From NCBI RefSeq assembly GCF_006345805.1, contig NW_021834642.1, positions 1 to 46,988 on the forward strand: DNA of 46,988 bases. Direction: 5' to 3'. A program made the translations under genes and the position numbers. The notes under the pieces are model-generated. The model searched no databases, was not told the DNA's origin, and saw only the letters and a list, made by a program, of their open reading frames with translations. The first letter of the stretch is position 1; each line of letters begins with the position of its first letter. This stretch comes from Octopus sinensis. Its lineage: Eukaryota. Shown in pieces: positions 25,364 through 38,420 of this stretch.

Positions 25364-25397
<34 letters not shown>
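25165..25397. repeat. (TAG)n array with (GGY)n and (CAG)n interruptions
   Basis: Direct reading. Confidence 0.95.
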
Positions 25398-25998
25398 TAC
25401 AAGCATAGAAATTGTTCTTATGATCATTGGTGCACTTGGTGCATCGCCCAAATTGCTACTTAAGGCTCTGAAATACAACAGAAGTGATATTACGTTGTGA
25501 AGGTCTTTGCAGAAAGTGCTATCCTGTATTCTGTAAAACAGATTCTTGAAACTCGAGTAGATTTCTTCTTAACACCAAACTTCAAAATAAAAACCTCTGC
25601 CAATTAAATTTCTCCTGTCAACGCAAGGTTACATCTGGATTCACTCTGTGAAGTTCGAAAACAATTGTTTGTTTGTTTAGCGATTTAGGGATTTGATATA
25701 TTCTATATTTGCTGTGTATTTTGCTGCAGAGGTGACAGTGAGCAGATGGTAGTCCCAATGATCTGTTTGACCCTTGTTAGGGACTGAACTGTTTGAAACA
25801 CTTTAACATTGTTGTTTACAAATTCTTTGAAAAAATAACTAAGAATTGCAAACGGCGTCGTGTGATGAGGAAGAGAGTGGTAAGAGAAGGTAGAAGTGAA
25901 GAGGAAGGAGGGGTGGAAACAGACTGATTTACACATTCACAAAAGAATATGTTTTAGCAATGGTTCAGTGATTTAAAAAAATATTAGCTACACACCCC

Positions 25999-26407
25999 AT
26001 TTCTTTATTGCCCACAGGAGCTAAACATAGAAGGGACAAACAAAGACAGACAATGGGATTAAGTCGATTACATCGACCCCAGTGTGTAACTGGTACTTAA
26101 TTTAATCGACCCCGAGAGGATGAAAGGCAAAGTCGACCTCGGCGGAATTTGAAATCAGAACGTAGCGGCAGACGAAATACCTATTTCTTTACTACCCACA
26201 AGGGGCTAAACACAGAGAGGACAAACAAAGACAGACAAACGGATTAAGTCGATTATATCGACCCCAGTGCGTAACTGGTACGTATTTAATCGACCCCGAA
26301 AGGATGAAAGGCAAAGTCGACCTCGGCGGAATTTGAACTCAGAACGTAGCGACAGACGAAATTCCGCTAAGCATTTCGCCCGGCGTGCTAACGGTTCTGC
26401 CAGCTCA
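25999..26407 (-). mobile_element. Two tandem SINE D copies (one full, one lacking ~40 nt of head)
   Basis: The body gtcgacctcggcggaatttga occurs at ~26133 and ~26318; the junction on minus reads aaagaaata-ggtatttcgtc. Confidence 0.9.
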
Positions 26408-27559
26408 TCCACCACAGCATGACCATCCCAGGCCGTATTGACATCACTCCAAGAAAACAATAAGCCCAGTGTGACCAGATCGACAGCAGCTGCAACAGCA
26501 ACATCTCCACCACCAGCATCACCACATCCTCGATGCGGAGTATATGGCAGTTGGTATTTGTAGAATAACGAGTACCACTTCTACTGTGTTCGGAACACAG
26601 CAGCAGTAGAAATATGTACAGCAGTAATAAGATCTTTGTAAAAGGTGATTGTGCAAGAGCTGCAAGAAAAATTGAGAAGGTCATTCAAGAAGAAAATAAG
26701 AGAGGCCATTACGCTCAACCTGAGAGAGTAGTCTCAGTTGCCCAGTGCTTATGATGCAGACGGCTAAGATAGTGTTATGGTGCAATGCGGTATTTCTTAC
26801 TCGCACAAGGGAATATAGGATGTCGTAGTTAATATTCTCACAGAAGTCGACGTTCAAAGGAATTCGACTGTCTTGTGGAGTAATTAGGATTCCACTCTTG
26901 TTTCGGCTGATGAGTATCGAATGCTAAGGTAGAGATGAACCGGTACGATTGAATATCCGGTGAATAGCAGTTTGTGTTGTCTTGGAGAAAGAAAACACAA
27001 TTCTTCATGTGAAGCAGTGTCGCAAGAAAAACTGGTTGACGATGTTGTTTCGATCCTGATGAATCAAAACATACTTGACAAAATCGCCTTACAAGATTGA
27101 TTCTCCAAAGAAGATAACATTTTACATTATGACTGAGAGTAAAAGAACCAGATGGCACCCAAGAGCCTACCGTCCTTGGTAGAAGCCAAGGTACCAAAGA
27201 ACCACATTACAGTTGATGCTAAACATCAACAAAAATACTAATACCAGTAGTAGCTTGCAAAGCAGTGGCTAAATCAATAGCGGAGACAGAAAAATTGTTA
27301 GGTATATCACTGCCACCAGCAAAAAAGAAATACTCATAGCAGTTCCACCTCAAGTGGGCAAAAGCACAAATACGCACCAACACGTACACATGCGCAGATG
27401 TGTTTCTGTTCTCTTCCCCGGACTACGACCCCTATTCCAACTCTTCGTCAAGCGACGAATTAGAAGACAATGCGAAACAATGCTAAGTTTTAGCCTCACC
27501 GTACATCTGGAGGGTAGAGGTGGTATTGCCTGAACAGTATAAATCTTCCTAATGCTGTA

Positions 27560-27880
27560 GCGTTGTCAGCCCTGTCTATCTGAGATGTACTCAGAGCGAC
27601 GAAACTGTTCTGCATGCAATCTTTTAGTGTCGAAGCATTTTAGTCAAGCAACAGCTATTTCATGAGAGAGGGATCTGGCTATCAGTCGAATATATCACGA
27701 AGATCCTCCAGATGCTTGTCCAGTAGCTATAGCTAAAAAGAGTGTAAGATAAACAAGATTGAAAGGATTGATGCATACTCTTTGCCCTTCGATCAAGCTT
27801 TCATCAAGGGCCATTCTTCAAGTACCGCTTGGAAACGGAAAAGAATCTGGGGAGGGAAAAGTAATTACTTTCTTGGAAAT
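27560..27880 (+). mobile_element. Old, diverged Tx1 ORF2 C-terminal fragment
   Basis: gagatgtactcagagcgacgaaactgttctgcatgcaatc (CLRCTQSDETVLHAI) and ttcttcaagtaccgcttgg match the copy 2 C-terminus with deletions. Confidence 0.75.
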
Positions 27881-28699
27881 AAGCAGAAAGTGGGGTAGAA
27901 GGACAAGTAAGGCCCAAGCGAAGGGGTTTACACTAAGCATGCTCCTGTAATTCAGGAGACACAATTGAGAAAAGAACTTGCTTTTGATAATGTGTGTAAC
28001 CCAAGCTATTTGGGGCTTCTTTAGTATCTCTCTTCTTATTTTGATCTTTCATATAAATCATTTTTGTATAACATTACAATTCACGCCAATGATCAAAAGG
28101 ATTCCAAGCGTGACCATCCCACCACATAAAAGAATCCACACCGACATAATGCAGCAAGTACCTTTTCTTCCACGAGGGTAGAACGAGATTTCCACTCCCT
28201 CCTTCCTCTTCACTTCTATCTTCTCTTACCATCCTCTTCCACATCACACGACGCCGTTTGAACGAGATTTCGTTTGGTTGCTATTTCTAGCATGTCTAAG
28301 GAGATTCACTATGTAAAGGTTTCCTCGTTGACTCGGAAGAAGCAATAATAAGTAGATACAAGATGTGGAAGCAAATGAAGATGGCATCATTAATTAATGA
28401 TGTTATTGATTAAGTCAACTGACATCTTTAGTAGTTTAATAGCTGCAGCAAGTCGTTGGTGAAGTGGTAGAAACTATCAACATTAATAGCTTTGGGTGTT
28501 GTTTGATAACGGAAGTATGTCGGCTTATCAATGAGACGGACAAACTGAGGAAATGAGCTTATTCTGTCTTCATTCTTTTACCACTTGTGCATTTTGGACA
28601 GAGACAGAGAGGATAAGTTGATTGTGACTAGTATCATGGCTCTCTACAGACGATGTACATACAGATACGAACACAAATATATATACATGTGTGTATATG

Positions 28700-28754
<55 letters not shown>

Positions 28755-28937
28755 TACATATATGTATGTATATGTATAAAGATATATATATACGCAAAAT
28801 TACAATGTACGCATAGAGTTACACATGACACATAAATAGATACAAGGTGGACATTGATACACGCAAACATACACACGAGCATATTATACAGAGAGAGACA
28901 GACAGGACAGACAGACAGAAAGACAGACAGACAGACC

Positions 28938-28993
<56 letters not shown>

Positions 28994-29192
28994 GCAGGCA
29001 GGCATGTAAGCAGGCAAGACTGACAGACAGACAGACAGAAAGCAACAGACCAAACCTATGCAGTTTCGCAAAACTATTTCTACGGATGTAAAACGCATTG
29101 ACTAAATATGCAAAAGACATACAACCGTATAGAAATATACAATTTTAACTACATTTGCATATATTGGTATGTATGTATGTATGTATGTATGT

Positions 29193-29926
29193 AAGTCATG
29201 ATTCAGTTTTATTTCAAGATATCTTGTCAATAGAGAAAGAGCCGGTTTCTAACCTAGAACCAAGGCTTCTTCATAGGAATTTCAACATCAACAACAAAGT
29301 ATTTTTGTTTGTGTATATTCGTATGTATGTATGTATGTGTATGTATGTATGTATGTAGATGTAGTATGTATGTTATGTATGTATGTATGTATGTATGTAT
29401 GCATGTATGTATGTATGTATGTATGTATGTTGGTATGTATGTATGTATGTATGTATGTATGTATGTATGTATGTATGTATGTATGTAGTATGTATGTATG
29501 TATGTGTGTGTGTGCAGATTTGTATGTTTTGTTTTATGTATGTATTCTTATACATACATACATACGAATTAGCTTTCTCCTTTCTGGTTTTGTGAAGCCT
29601 AATTTATCAAGATTGGTATTTAGGCAGTGTGTTACACATCCCAGTGCCCCAATAATTACTGGTATAAACCTGAACTTGTAATCTCGATAGAGTAACTGCA
29701 GATTTCTCAATAGTTCAGCGTAGGTATTCTCTCTTTCACTGATATTCAGCTTTATGTTAACATTCGCTGGACAGCTGAATTTCCACAACTGTACACATGT
29801 ATGTGTGTATGTATATCATTATTTAGATTATTTCAAGATTTCTTACCAGTAGAGAAAGAACAGGTTTCTAACCTAGATCCAAGGTTCCTACATTGGTATT
29901 TCAACATCAGCATCAGGGTATTTTTG

Positions 29927-29927
<1 letters not shown>
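29193..29927 (-). mobile_element. Cluster of three RLE-LINE fragments separated by (CATA)n tracts
   Basis: 3' ends at 29193-29320 and 29815-29927 share gttagaaacc.g.tc.tt with 19450-19475; 29565-29795 encodes FSCPANVNIKLNISERENTYAELLRNLQLLYRDYKFRFIPVIIGALG. Confidence 0.8.
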
Positions 29928-29960
<33 letters not shown>

Positions 29961-29989
29961 TGTATGTATGTATGTATGTATGTATTTAT

Positions 29990-30025
<36 letters not shown>

Positions 30026-30831
30026 GTTGTTAGAATGTTGGACAGACCGCTTTTCATTGACTGTTCTGGCTCTTTACATTTTGAATTCAAATCCGATTGA
30101 AGCTAACTGTCCTCCTTTCGAGTTCGATTAAAAAGAGTACCAGTCCTGTACAGAGATCGATACTTCTCTTTTACACACTCTTTATTTTCCTCACTTTCTG
30201 TTTCTCCTTTCTCTCTCTTTCTCTCTTTCTCTCTCTGTTTCCCCCACCTCTGTCTCTTTCTGAAACAAATCGTGAATGGACATGAAAAGGGAAGGGCACT
30301 GCCAAATCTAAGAATAGTTCTCAAGACACGCCCTATGTCAGACAGCGCATCTCGAAGTACAAATTGTTGCTTGTGCACGCAAGGGAAGAAATGTTTAAAA
30401 TATTCTCTGTCGATATTATAATACTTGGTCCTTAGGTTATGCAGAGCTCGCATATGCTGCTCCATTGCCTGTATTTGCTGGCCTTAGCTATAATTTCATT
30501 CCTTTTTAAGGACATCTAGGATATAAAAGCCACCACAGATGCCCATAGCGATAGCAAATTGCTCATCTCCGTTCTTTTTAATGCCATATGAAATATCATG
30601 AAGTAATGATTTCAGCATTTCTCACTAGAGAGGCCTTTAGCCAACAGGTCTTGGGATCTGATGATACACCATAAAGCTACGCCCTTTATGGACGGGAAAC
30701 TTAAGATAATCCCATAAATCTGACCTTATCTAACTTTAATATATATTGCTCTTTAACTTTGAGTGTGCTTCTTTTTTCGGATTTATATTTACGGACGATT
30801 TATATATATATACATTTACATATATATATAT

Positions 30832-30912
<81 letters not shown>

Positions 30913-31308
30913 TTGTGTGTGTGTGTTTGTGCATGAGTATGTATACACGCACATATGCATACACGTATCCTCGTCTCAGATATATAGAATTGTATTAACA
31001 AAAATCAGGTTCCATTCTATCTTCACTGTCAGAGCATGAGGATCGACCGCATAGTGGATTTCATAAGTTATTTCCTCTGTTCAATTCCTGGTTAGCCCTA
31101 ATTGGGGAGACTCGCGAATCAACATCAGTCTAGCCTTAGCTATCTCTTTTGTTTTTCTACATCTCGAGAACCTGGGAGAACATTAATCAACGTATGTTCT
31201 TTTTGTCTTGGCTTCTGTTTCTACCTATTTGATTGGTTTTCTAAATTCATCCATCTACACACACACACACACACACACACAACACATATATATATATATA
31301 TATATATA

Positions 31309-31417
31309 TATCCGTAAATGTAATATGTAACAATTATTCGGTATCCATGATAAAACTCCGAGTCTCGGAGATTTATCATGGCTACCGAATAATTGTCACA
31401 TATAACATTTACAGATA
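31309..31417. repeat. 109-bp hairpin (53-bp arms, 3-nt loop), MITE-like
   Basis: tatccgtaaatg...aaaactccga-gtc-tcggagattt...catttacagata, about 5 mismatches. Confidence 0.9.
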
Positions 31418-31584
31418 AATTCCTCTTTTTACATATCGAGGTCTCTTTCATTCTTTTATTGTATTACCATTTTTATCAGTATATATATATATATATATTA
31501 CTCTTTTACTTGTTTCAGTCATTTGACTGTGGCCATGTTGGAGCACCGCCTTTAGTCGGCCCGAGGCTATAGTAGAAGACACTT

Positions 31585-32625
31585 GCCCATAAATTAAGTA
31601 CCAGTGAAACACTGGAGTCGATGTAATCGACTAGTCCCTTCCCCCAAAATTGCGGGCCTTTTGCCTTTTGTATAAAGGATTATTAACATTGGTAGTTCAC
31701 TGGTAAAATCGGTAGAGCGTCGGACAAAAGGCATTACTGTGTTTCATCTGATCCATTGTGTTCTGAGTTCAAATTCTGCCGAGATTTACCCTGCCTTTCC
31801 TCCTTTTTGATTCGATAAGATAAAGAACTAGTTTAACTCTACGGTGGATACAATCGTCTGACCCCTACACCTCAAAATTACTGATCTTGCACCGAAATTA
31901 CCAAATATTATTAATATAGGTTTCTAAGTTAGGTACTAGGGCAGCAATATTGAGAGCATAGTGTCAGTTTATAACATACCTGAACTAGACTGGCCCTTTA
32001 TTTTATCGATCTCGGATGGAAGAATGAAAGGCAAATATGACTTCGGCAAGATTTGAACTCACAAGTTAAAGACCAGAAACAAATGCCGAAAAGTATCCAA
32101 CGCTCTAACGTTTCTGCCAAACTACTGATGATGAGCAAGTGCTTGACACATTGACACATGTAGTTTTGAAGGGAAGGGTTAGTCGATTACATCAGCCCCG
32201 TACTCGTCTGCTACTTTATTTTATCGACCCCGAAAGGATGAAAGGTAAAGTTTAGCTTGGTGGCATTTGAACTCAGAACGTAAAGAACCGAAAGAAATGG
32301 CGCTGAGCATTTTGTCCAGCGTGCTAACGATTCTAACTAGTACTTAATTTATCGACCTTGAAAGGATGAAGGGCAAAGTCGACCTCGGCGGAATTTGATG
32401 TTAGAACGTAAAGACAGACGAAATACCGTTCAGCATTTCGCCCGGTGTGGTAACAATTCTGCCAGTTGGCTGTCTTAACAACGATGAATAGTTCTTTTTA
32501 ATTTTGACACAAGGTTAGCAATTTTAGGGGTAGGGTTCAGTCGATTACATTCCTCTAGAACTAGACCTTCATTTTATCGACCACAAAAGAATAAAAGGTA
32601 GAGTCGACCTCTACGCGATTTGAAC
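31585..32625. mobile_element. Cluster of ~5-6 decayed SINE D-related copies in both orientations
   Basis: Recurrent ttatcgacc(c)cgaaaggatgaa.ggcaaagtcgac and gagttcaaatt variants. Confidence 0.75.
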
Positions 32626-32629
32626 TTAT

Positions 32630-33045
32630 ATTCTCTTTTACTCTCTTTTATTTGTGTCAGTCACTTGACTACGGCCATGCTGAAGCACCGTCTTTAGTCG
32701 AGCAAATCGACCTCAGGACTTATTCTTTGTAAGCCTAGTATTTATTCTACCGGTCTCTTTTGCCGAACCGCTAGGTTACGGGGACATAAACACACCAGCA
32801 TCGGTTGTCAAGCAATGTTAGTGGGACAAACACAGACACACAAACATACACACGCTCATATATATATATATATACATATATACAACGGGCTTCTTTCAGT
32901 TTCTGTCTACCAAATCGACTCACAAGGCTTTGGTCGGCCCAAGGCTATAGTAGAAAACACTTGCCCAAGATTCCACGCAGTGGGACTGAGCCCGGAACCA
33001 TAAGGTGGTTAGCAAGCTACTTACCACATAGCCACTCCTGTGCCT
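32630..33045 (-). mobile_element. SINE family AB, complete
   Basis: Head ~33045-32880, internal (TA)/(TG) tract, tail ending (aaaagag)n at 32630. Confidence 0.88.
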
Positions 33046-34053
33046 ATATCTAAAAAAAATAGTTGGAGCAAATACCTTAGTATTTTGCCCAGCGTTCTAA
33101 CGATTCTGTCAAATCACCGCCGGTGAATAATTACCGGTAAAAATATGTCAGTAAGCAGAAATATGCGGGCATCGAGAACCTACATACATATTGGTGATTA
33201 GATGAATAGCCATCCCTGTTCAAATTTCTTATTGCTTTCTCACCCAATAATCTTATTTACTTTCTCTTTCAATGACGTTGAGAAGAATTATGTTTGTAGT
33301 CAGGTATGTGTATGTGTATGTGTATGTGTGTGTGTGCGTGTATGTGTGTGTGTATAGTATGTGAGTACATTTGTTTGCCTCAGTGTGTATTTATGTAAAT
33401 AGTGAAACTGTGTGTATTTATATTTGATAATGTTGCAATCAGTTAAGTTGTAGATCTTCTGCATATTTCTTCTCTCGGCAGCTTCCCACACTCAGGAGTG
33501 GGTCTTTCATCAATTGACAAGTGGAAATTGCAAAGAAGCTTGGAACCGTTCATTGGCTGAGGACAGTTAATTATAATTTCCCATCAGATTTGAAGGCAAG
33601 TGGGATCTCCACCGCACCAACCAATACTCATGTACTATATGAAAAACATGATTAAAATATAATATCAAATGATCGCGACCAGGATTACAAGATATCTGAA
33701 AGCCGAGATGAAACGGATCCTAAGTTATGCTGTCACCGTCGCTGTTGCTGTCACTGCCGCAGTTGCTGCTGCTGCTGCTGCTGCTGCTGCCTCTGTTGTT
33801 GCTGCGACGGCGGTGGCAATGAGGACAGTGATGTCAGATTAATGAATTAATATATGGAGATGTATTTGCATATATGGACTAATGTGCTTATGTATATGTG
33901 CAAGTATGTGCGCACTTTAATGAGCGAGGAACTAAGATGCTGTACTCCTAACCTATGGATTAATCTTTTGATCATATATTCTCATTGCTCTTAACATTTC
34001 CTCTTTAACAAACTTCAAAGTCTCACTCCTCCCTATCACACACACACACACAC

Positions 34054-34141
<88 letters not shown>

Positions 34142-36599
34142 TCAACTGCAGCTTAGATATATATATATTCATAAATACATATGTATACATATTTATATAT
34201 AACACTTATAGCGGGACTTGATTTCAATTTGAATTGATTCAAATGTTTACTGATACCAATAGAAGGTAATATGAGGAAATATTAAATCAGAGGCAGATAT
34301 CATAGCTGAAACGACCAGATATTCTAAATCTGACAAAATATCAATGAGAACTGGTCCTATTTAAGCTTCAATTGAGAATTAGATAACTAGCAGTTGTCGA
34401 TGTCGTCGTTATTGTTGTGGATGCTGTTGTAGTCGTCGTGGGTGTTGTTGTTGTTGTTGTTGTAGTTGATAATGTTATTTAATCACAAGTAGGCCCTGAT
34501 CGATCAATTGATCAGATCTATGATCTAAGTCATTCAAAGTGCCTCTTTTTTCTTTCGGATGAGTGTAACCTTGATGGGTGACATTTTTTTCCATTGTAGA
34601 GTGTGCTTTAAGAGAGATTTCGTTTCTATTTCTAGAAGGAGAAATTTCCCTCAGTAGCTCTTTAACAAGAAGTATTTCAACAAGACTTGCTTTTAATAGC
34701 AGCTATGACTTCAATAAAATAATTTATTTTCTAAATAAAGCACAAAGCAATTTCCTTAACAGATAAAAGTGAGTGTAAGTTGGCAGTTGAATCAATCGCA
34801 TATATTACTGGTATGTATTGTTTCGATATCGACTTTCGAAGTGAAACAATAGGTTTCATTTCATTTAAAACATACAATATTTCAAACATAGAATGTGAAT
34901 TAAACAAAAGACCATAAATTTAGCAATAAATGAACGAGAATAAAAGGAACAACGAAAGAGATTTAAAATAGCAGAGGAGATGAGGACATCAGATTAGTGT
35001 TATACAACAGACGAGATTTGAAGACATCAAACGATATTTAAACAATAAATGAATTTAAGCAATAATAAATTTAAGCGAGATGCAAGAATTAAGCAGAGGA
35101 AATTGAAACAACTAAAGTTAATAGATAATCAAACATCAGCCGAGATTTAATCAACAGATGGGATTTGAATAAGTAATGAGGTTTCAACAATGGAAGAATT
35201 TGTTTACACCCAGTGGTCCGTTTAATGAGTACAGCTTAATTGGCTATTAAGTGTATTCGACAATCTCAAAACTTGAGATATTTGACTTGCTACATAGCTC
35301 CATTGAAAACTGTCAGCAAAAGAGCCAGTGAGATGGAAAAATAATTTTCATGCGTCTATACATGTGTGTGAAAAAGTGAGATATATTGGTGTGAAAAAGA
35401 AACACCTAACGTTTCTCATTGAAGCCATCACACTTTTCAAATGAATGGACTTGTTCGAAGCGTTAAATTTTCAGCCTGTGGCAAATCAACATACGTCACT
35501 TTTCGCTTTCTACTCTGACTAGAAGGTTTTCACACATAAATCTCAAAAACATGGTCGAATTCTTCTGAAACACAGTGTTACACAACATAAAATTGACCAT
35601 TAATCGAATATTTGTCTGTTGATTGAAATATCGGTCAGTATTAGAGACCATACAACGTGATCGATAATAATATTGTTAGAGCCCAGAAAACAAAATGGCT
35701 GGCGGAATTTGAGTAAAAGTTTTGATTTCAAATCCCGCTGCGGTCGGACATTACATTTGTTCCTTCCTGAATCGATAAAATAAATAACAGTCAAATACAG
35801 AGATCGATACGCAACGTCATATCTAAGTTAAAAACAATATTAACACCCCTCAAAACAAATACTAAATTTAGAAATCAATATTTGTTCAAAACTTCAGTTT
35901 TGTTATTCATGTTCTTGTAATTTTGACAAAAGCTTGCCTTGATCGTGCCTGCACTACTGTGATGTTTGCTTGTATATTTATGATAGGTTTGGTTGCTATC
36001 TCTAGAAGATTGATCGGCAATTTAGATCAGTGCTAGCTAATCTCGACTCTCGAGTCCTCTACAAGACCAAAATGGTAGTGGTGGAGGTTGATGAACCTCG
36101 TTCAAAATTGTGAAAAGCTGCTATGAAACCCGGTATAACTATTCAGATATTTATGTCTTTCTGTTGAGAGATAATACTGGAAAAACGAAGTTTAGTTGGT
36201 TAATAAAATTAGCTCATTGAGTAGAACGACCTCTCAAAACCTGGGGTCCGTACGAAAATTAATTCATAACAAGGGGTCCTATATAGTGAAAAACTTGGAA
36301 TCATTCTCTCAGTATCTCGAAAATAACACCGGGTGTTGAACCCGGGCAGCCATGTTGATAGGCAGGTAATTTTTGGTATTACATTATTGTTGCTGTTGTT
36401 TGTTTGTTTGTTTTATCTCTGTTTAGTTCTGATTACAAAGTACTTATACTCAAAGCTACTCCAACCGTGACCACTCTATCTCTTTCCCTGACCGAAGACA
36501 CATCATCCAGCACAAAGGCACACACAGAAGCACATGCACACACACACACACACATACACGCGCGCTCATACATGCGCGCACATACACACACGCACACAC

Positions 36600-37010
36600 A
36601 TCGCTGTGTGGTTAAGAAGCTCACCTTGCAACCACGTGGTTTCACGTTCAATCCTGCTGCACAGCACATGGAAAAAGTGTTATCTTCTACCCAGGCCAAC
36701 CAGACTAAACTTGTTAGTGAATATATGATAGACGGAAACTGTACAGAAGTCCTAAAAGCGACGTGTGTGTGTGTGTACACGTGCGTTTATATGTGTGTGT
36801 GCATTTGTGTTCAACTTTTTTCGTCCCCACTGTTTCACAACCGATGTTAGCTTGTTTACGTCTCCGTAAGATTAGGGGTTCGGCTTACCAGAACGATAGA
36901 ATAAGTTCCAGTTTTGAAAATAAGTCTTGGGACGATTTGAATGACTAAATTCTTCAAGACACTGCCTCAGTATAGATGCAGTCCAATGACTGAAACATGT
37001 AAAAGATAAA
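36600..37010 (+). mobile_element. SINE family AB, decayed
   Basis: gctgtgtggttaagaagctc...(TG)n...tagaataagttccag...gcagtccaatgactgaaacatgtaaaagataaaag. Confidence 0.75.
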
Positions 37011-37925
37011 AGATATATATAATAACAAATTAATAAATAAAACATATGCATACATACATATATGTACATACCTACATCTATATGTATATACACATGCATA
37101 TATGGGTACAGAACACCGAAAAACGTAGAACACAACGAGAAACGAAAACATAAAAACAAAAACATGGAAACGGACTTTTTCAAACAACGAAAAAACAGAG
37201 TACAAGACATACAACACAGGGAACATTCCCCTTCCTCAGCTGCCCCTGCTTCGACTACTCTGTGTTTCGAAGGTAAGGGCAAGACACGGCTTCGTTGAAA
37301 CAGCCCTTCCCGCAAAGCAAATTAAATAAAATTTGGGATTTTTTGTGGAGGGGTAAAAATGATGAAAAGAACAGGACAGTAAAAACAAAACAAGACAGTA
37401 AAAGCAATACAAATAAAAACAGTAAAAGACAGGACAAGGAGAATAGCACAATAAAAACGTACGATAAGGGCTTTTAAGCTGAGACGATGGAAATATTATT
37501 TTGAACGCATTGAGAAAACGGCTTACATGAACAGGAGAAGCCGTTGTAGACTTGTTGAAGGTAGTAGTCAGAAAGGAAGTTAGTTACCCTCAGGTCAGTG
37601 ACGAGAGGGAGGAGGAGGAGTAAGAGAGAGGGAACGGTGAAAGGGAGAGGAGAAGAATAGGGAAGGGTGGGAGAGAAAACCAGAAAGGATGAAAAATAAG
37701 AGAGGGAGAGAGACAGGCAGGGAGGAAAGTAGGGAGGAAAGGTCAAGTTAAGAGTTAAAAATGCCCGTAAATATATATATATATATATATTATATATAAT
37801 TATATATATATATATATAATATATATATATATATGTTATTTGGAGATAGCAGTCCCCACCATAACACCATATGAAAGAATTTTATTTTAATACTTACTAC
37901 TCATGTATGTATATATGTATGTATG

Positions 37926-37959
<34 letters not shown>

Positions 37960-37964
37960 TGTGC

Positions 37965-38169
37965 AATTATTCTCTTTTACTCTTTCACTCTTTTAATTGT
38001 TTCAGTTATTTCATTGTGGCCATGCTGGAGCACCGCCTTTAGTCGAGCAAATCAACCCCAGGACTTATTTTTTATAAGCCTAGTACTTTTTCTATTGGTC
38101 TCTTTTGCCCAACCGCTACGTTGCGGGGATGTATATATATATACTGAAAGAAGGCCATCGTATATATGT

Positions 38170-38256
<87 letters not shown>

Positions 38257-38420
38257 TACGATAGGCTTCTTTCAGTTTCCGTCTACTAAATCCACTCACA
38301 AGGCTTTGATCGGCCCGAGGCTATAGTAGAAGACACTTGCCCAAGGTGCCATGCAGTGGGACTGAACCCGGAACCATGTGGTTCATAAGCAAGCTACTTA
38401 TCACACAGCCCTGCTACGCC
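37965..38420 (-). mobile_element. SINE family AB with long internal (TA)n
   Basis: Same head and tail as other AB copies; internal tract ~38140-38257. Confidence 0.85.

Noticed and set aside
25088-25478. Poly-T/V/Y/A ORFs as a low-complexity protein
   Set aside because: A (TAG)n array that is open in several frames, with no flanking coding signal.
33740-33820. (GCT)n as a polyQ/polyA coding tract
   Set aside because: No supporting ORF or splice context.
37225-37300. Third hammerhead candidate (ctgagga-aggggaatgttccc on minus)
   Set aside because: No GAAA follows the putative stem II.
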